Assembly (NCBI RefSeq): GCF_006345805.1
Contig: NW_021824111.1
Span: 1-19,902, forward strand
Direction: 5' to 3'
Source of the DNA: Octopus sinensis
Lineage: Eukaryota
Length of the DNA stretch: 19,902 nucleotides
Below are positions 18,259 to 19,902 of this stretch, one piece after another. The position numbers and the translations under genes are program-made. The notes below the pieces were generated by a model. The model was not told the DNA's origin. It saw nothing but the letters and a program-made list of their open reading frames with translations, and searched no databases. Each line of letters begins with the position of its first letter. The stretch's first letter is position 1.

Positions 18259-18414
18259 GGATAGGGTCCCCTGTTCTTTCCTAAGTAGTGCATACTCACC
18301 CCTTACGTAGATGAGTTGCACTTGTTCATTACTTTTAATCAATGTTTAACTAATCTGATTAAAGAAAATTACTATTTGTAAAACTCACAACGAGAGATAT
18401 TCAGCTACAGTACT

Positions 18415-18812
18415 TTGGAGTAAAGGTTATTTGCCAACATAACATGGCAGTCCTGGTTTAGGATGAATGTTGCGGTAATTTAGCCCCAGGAGACATTGTC
18501 TCCAGCTGGCTAATTTATAGATCAGTGACTAGTTGTCACTTTGAAAACTATATATTTCGAATGGGAATTTGGCAGCGCCACCTCTAGCCGAGCAATTGTT
18601 CTGTGCTGATGAAAGGAAATAACCCGGAAATAGTGATACACAGATATTGTTTTGAGCTGAGTCGGGGTGCTAGATTCCCTTGTTCGAAAATATAAGGACA
18701 CAGATCGTGTCGTATAGCCTACTGGAGACGATGTCTCCTGGGGCTAAATTACAGTAACATTCATCCTAAACCAGGACTGCCATGTTATGTTGGCAAATAA
18801 TCTTTACTCTAA
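18415..18812. mobile_element. 398-bp element with 91-bp inverted arms and an internal hammerhead-like motif
   Basis: Arm 18415-18505 versus the reverse complement of 18722-18812: 86/91 identical by hand count. Each arm carries a GGAGAC-NNN-GTCTCC hairpin (18489-18503 and 18724-18738). No clear TSD. The element class is inferred. Confidence 0.8.
18591..18651 (+). ncRNA. Candidate type I hammerhead ribozyme
   Basis: Stem I tctgtg (18600-05) / cacaga (18639-44), plus a distal helix agcaat (18591-96) / attgtt (18646-51) across a 3x1 internal loop; CTGATGA 18606-12; weak stem II (gg/cc around aaataa); GAAA 18627-30; 2-bp stem III with an AGUG loop; AUA cleavage triplet at 18636-38. Confidence 0.55.
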
Positions 18813-18870
18813 TCTGAATATGTTATGTTACGTTTTTGTCTCAGCCCCTCCGTTTATAACATATTTTTAT

Positions 18871-19215
18871 AAATTGCTTTGCTGTGTTTGTTCCGACTCT
18901 GTACGTTCTGAGTTCGATTCACGCTAAAGTTGACTTTGCCTTTCATCCTTCAGGAGTCGATAAAATAAGTAGCAGTTCTGCACTGGGGTCGATGTAACTG
19001 ATTTCATCCTCTCCTCAAATTTACTAGCCTTGTACTGGCAGAATCGTTGGCACTCCGGACAAAATACTTAGCGAAATTTCGTCTGACTCTACGTTCTGTG
19101 TTCAAATTCCACCAAGGACGACTTTTACCTTTTATTCTTTAGGGATCAATATAATAAGTACTGATTGGACACTGAGATCGATATAATCTCCTGAAGTTGC
19201 TGACCTTGTGCCAGG
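18871..19215 (+). mobile_element. Two adjacent degraded SINE family B copies (~18871-19033 and ~19035-19215)
   Basis: Two instances of the gttctg-gttc...gactttgcctttcatcc motif; the second copy starts ctggcagaatcgttggcac. Confidence 0.82.
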
Positions 19216-19438
19216 ATTACATATCATCATCATCATCATTTTCATTAACATCTTTCAATTGTTACCATTTCTTGTCGAGTGTCTTCGTGACACCTAGGCC
19301 AGAGAAATGTCATGTATACATTAGTAGGCGATTAAAACAAACACACGAAATGGTTCATTTACAAGGTCATATGATAGAGAAAAAGGAAAAAATAAAAGAT
19401 AGAAAAATCAACGAATAAAATAAAGTGGGGGAAAGGAA

Positions 19439-19463
19439 ATTATCATCATCATCATCATCATCA

Positions 19464-19513
<50 letters not shown>
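19439..19513. repeat. (ATC)n(ATT)n microsatellite, probable 3' tail of the adjacent minus-strand element
   Basis: Direct reading; abuts complex sequence at 19514. Confidence 0.92.
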
Positions 19514-19902
19514 GAGTGAGAGAGCAGTGCATGCCATCAAAGTGACACTGGGGTAAAATATACGAAGCCCATATATACCCATCATGACTACCCGTCTGAT
19601 AAGGTACACCAGGCACATGCATCACAACCATATGTGCGCGACATGGTGATCTCATATAAGATAAACAGCACATGACCTTGCAGGTGGGGCCCAGTGAATT
19701 TTCTTCAGGTTGAGTAGCCCATCCTGCTCAAACGGTCCCTGAATAGGGGTATTTAAGGATGTTGAAAGAACCACCCATGTTTCCAGAGGTGAATTATTCA
19801 AACCCCAAAGAATCCCTCTCAACACATGGCTATGATGCTCCCCCACTACTTCTGCTCGTGATCAGAGATGCACATATCGTCAGCCACTAAGGGCATGCTC
19901 AA
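19514..19902 (-). mobile_element. Probable retroposon 3' region (LINE 3' UTR or SINE), truncated by the window end
   Basis: Complex non-coding block that ends abruptly, on the minus strand, in an (AAT)n(GAT)n tail. It resembles a repeat I recall from octopus DNA. Single copy here, with no ORF homology seen. Confidence 0.5.

Noticed and set aside
18288-18322. Small hairpin gtgca-t-actca...tgagt-tgcac
   Set aside because: A 10-bp bulged stem is expected by chance in 20 kb, and there is no associated feature.
18570-18590. CTCF-like motif (cagcgccacctctag)
   Set aside because: Only the AGGTGGCGC part matches the consensus, and it lies inside a repeat; not supportable without binding data.

Overview
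AT-rich eukaryotic non-coding DNA made almost entirely of interspersed repeats and microsatellites. I infer an octopus (coleoid cephalopod) intron or intergenic region from the repeat families; this was not confirmed by a database search. No host protein-coding exon is supportable, and nearly all ORFs in the supplied track are translations of microsatellites or SINEs. Contents: (i) at least four tRNA-derived SINE families (called A-D here) in about 25 full or partial copies, including head-to-tail multimers; (ii) one full-length decayed mariner (DD34D) transposon at 5307-6825 with both TIRs, split by a SINE flanked by a 16-bp target-site duplication; (iii) an LTR-like promoter block followed by a possible gag remnant near 640-1200; (iv) many simple repeats, including an ~800-bp alternating purine/pyrimidine tract and a 202-nt pure purine tract. 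The most interesting signal is a set of hammerhead-ribozyme-like motifs in three unrelated sequences (14429-14473, 18591-18651 and a degenerate core at 4161-4187). Two of them sit inside head-to-head inverted-repeat elements (4001-4367 and 18415-18812). This suggests short non-autonomous Penelope-like or retrozyme-like elements, which is a hypothesis needing computational and biochemical tests.
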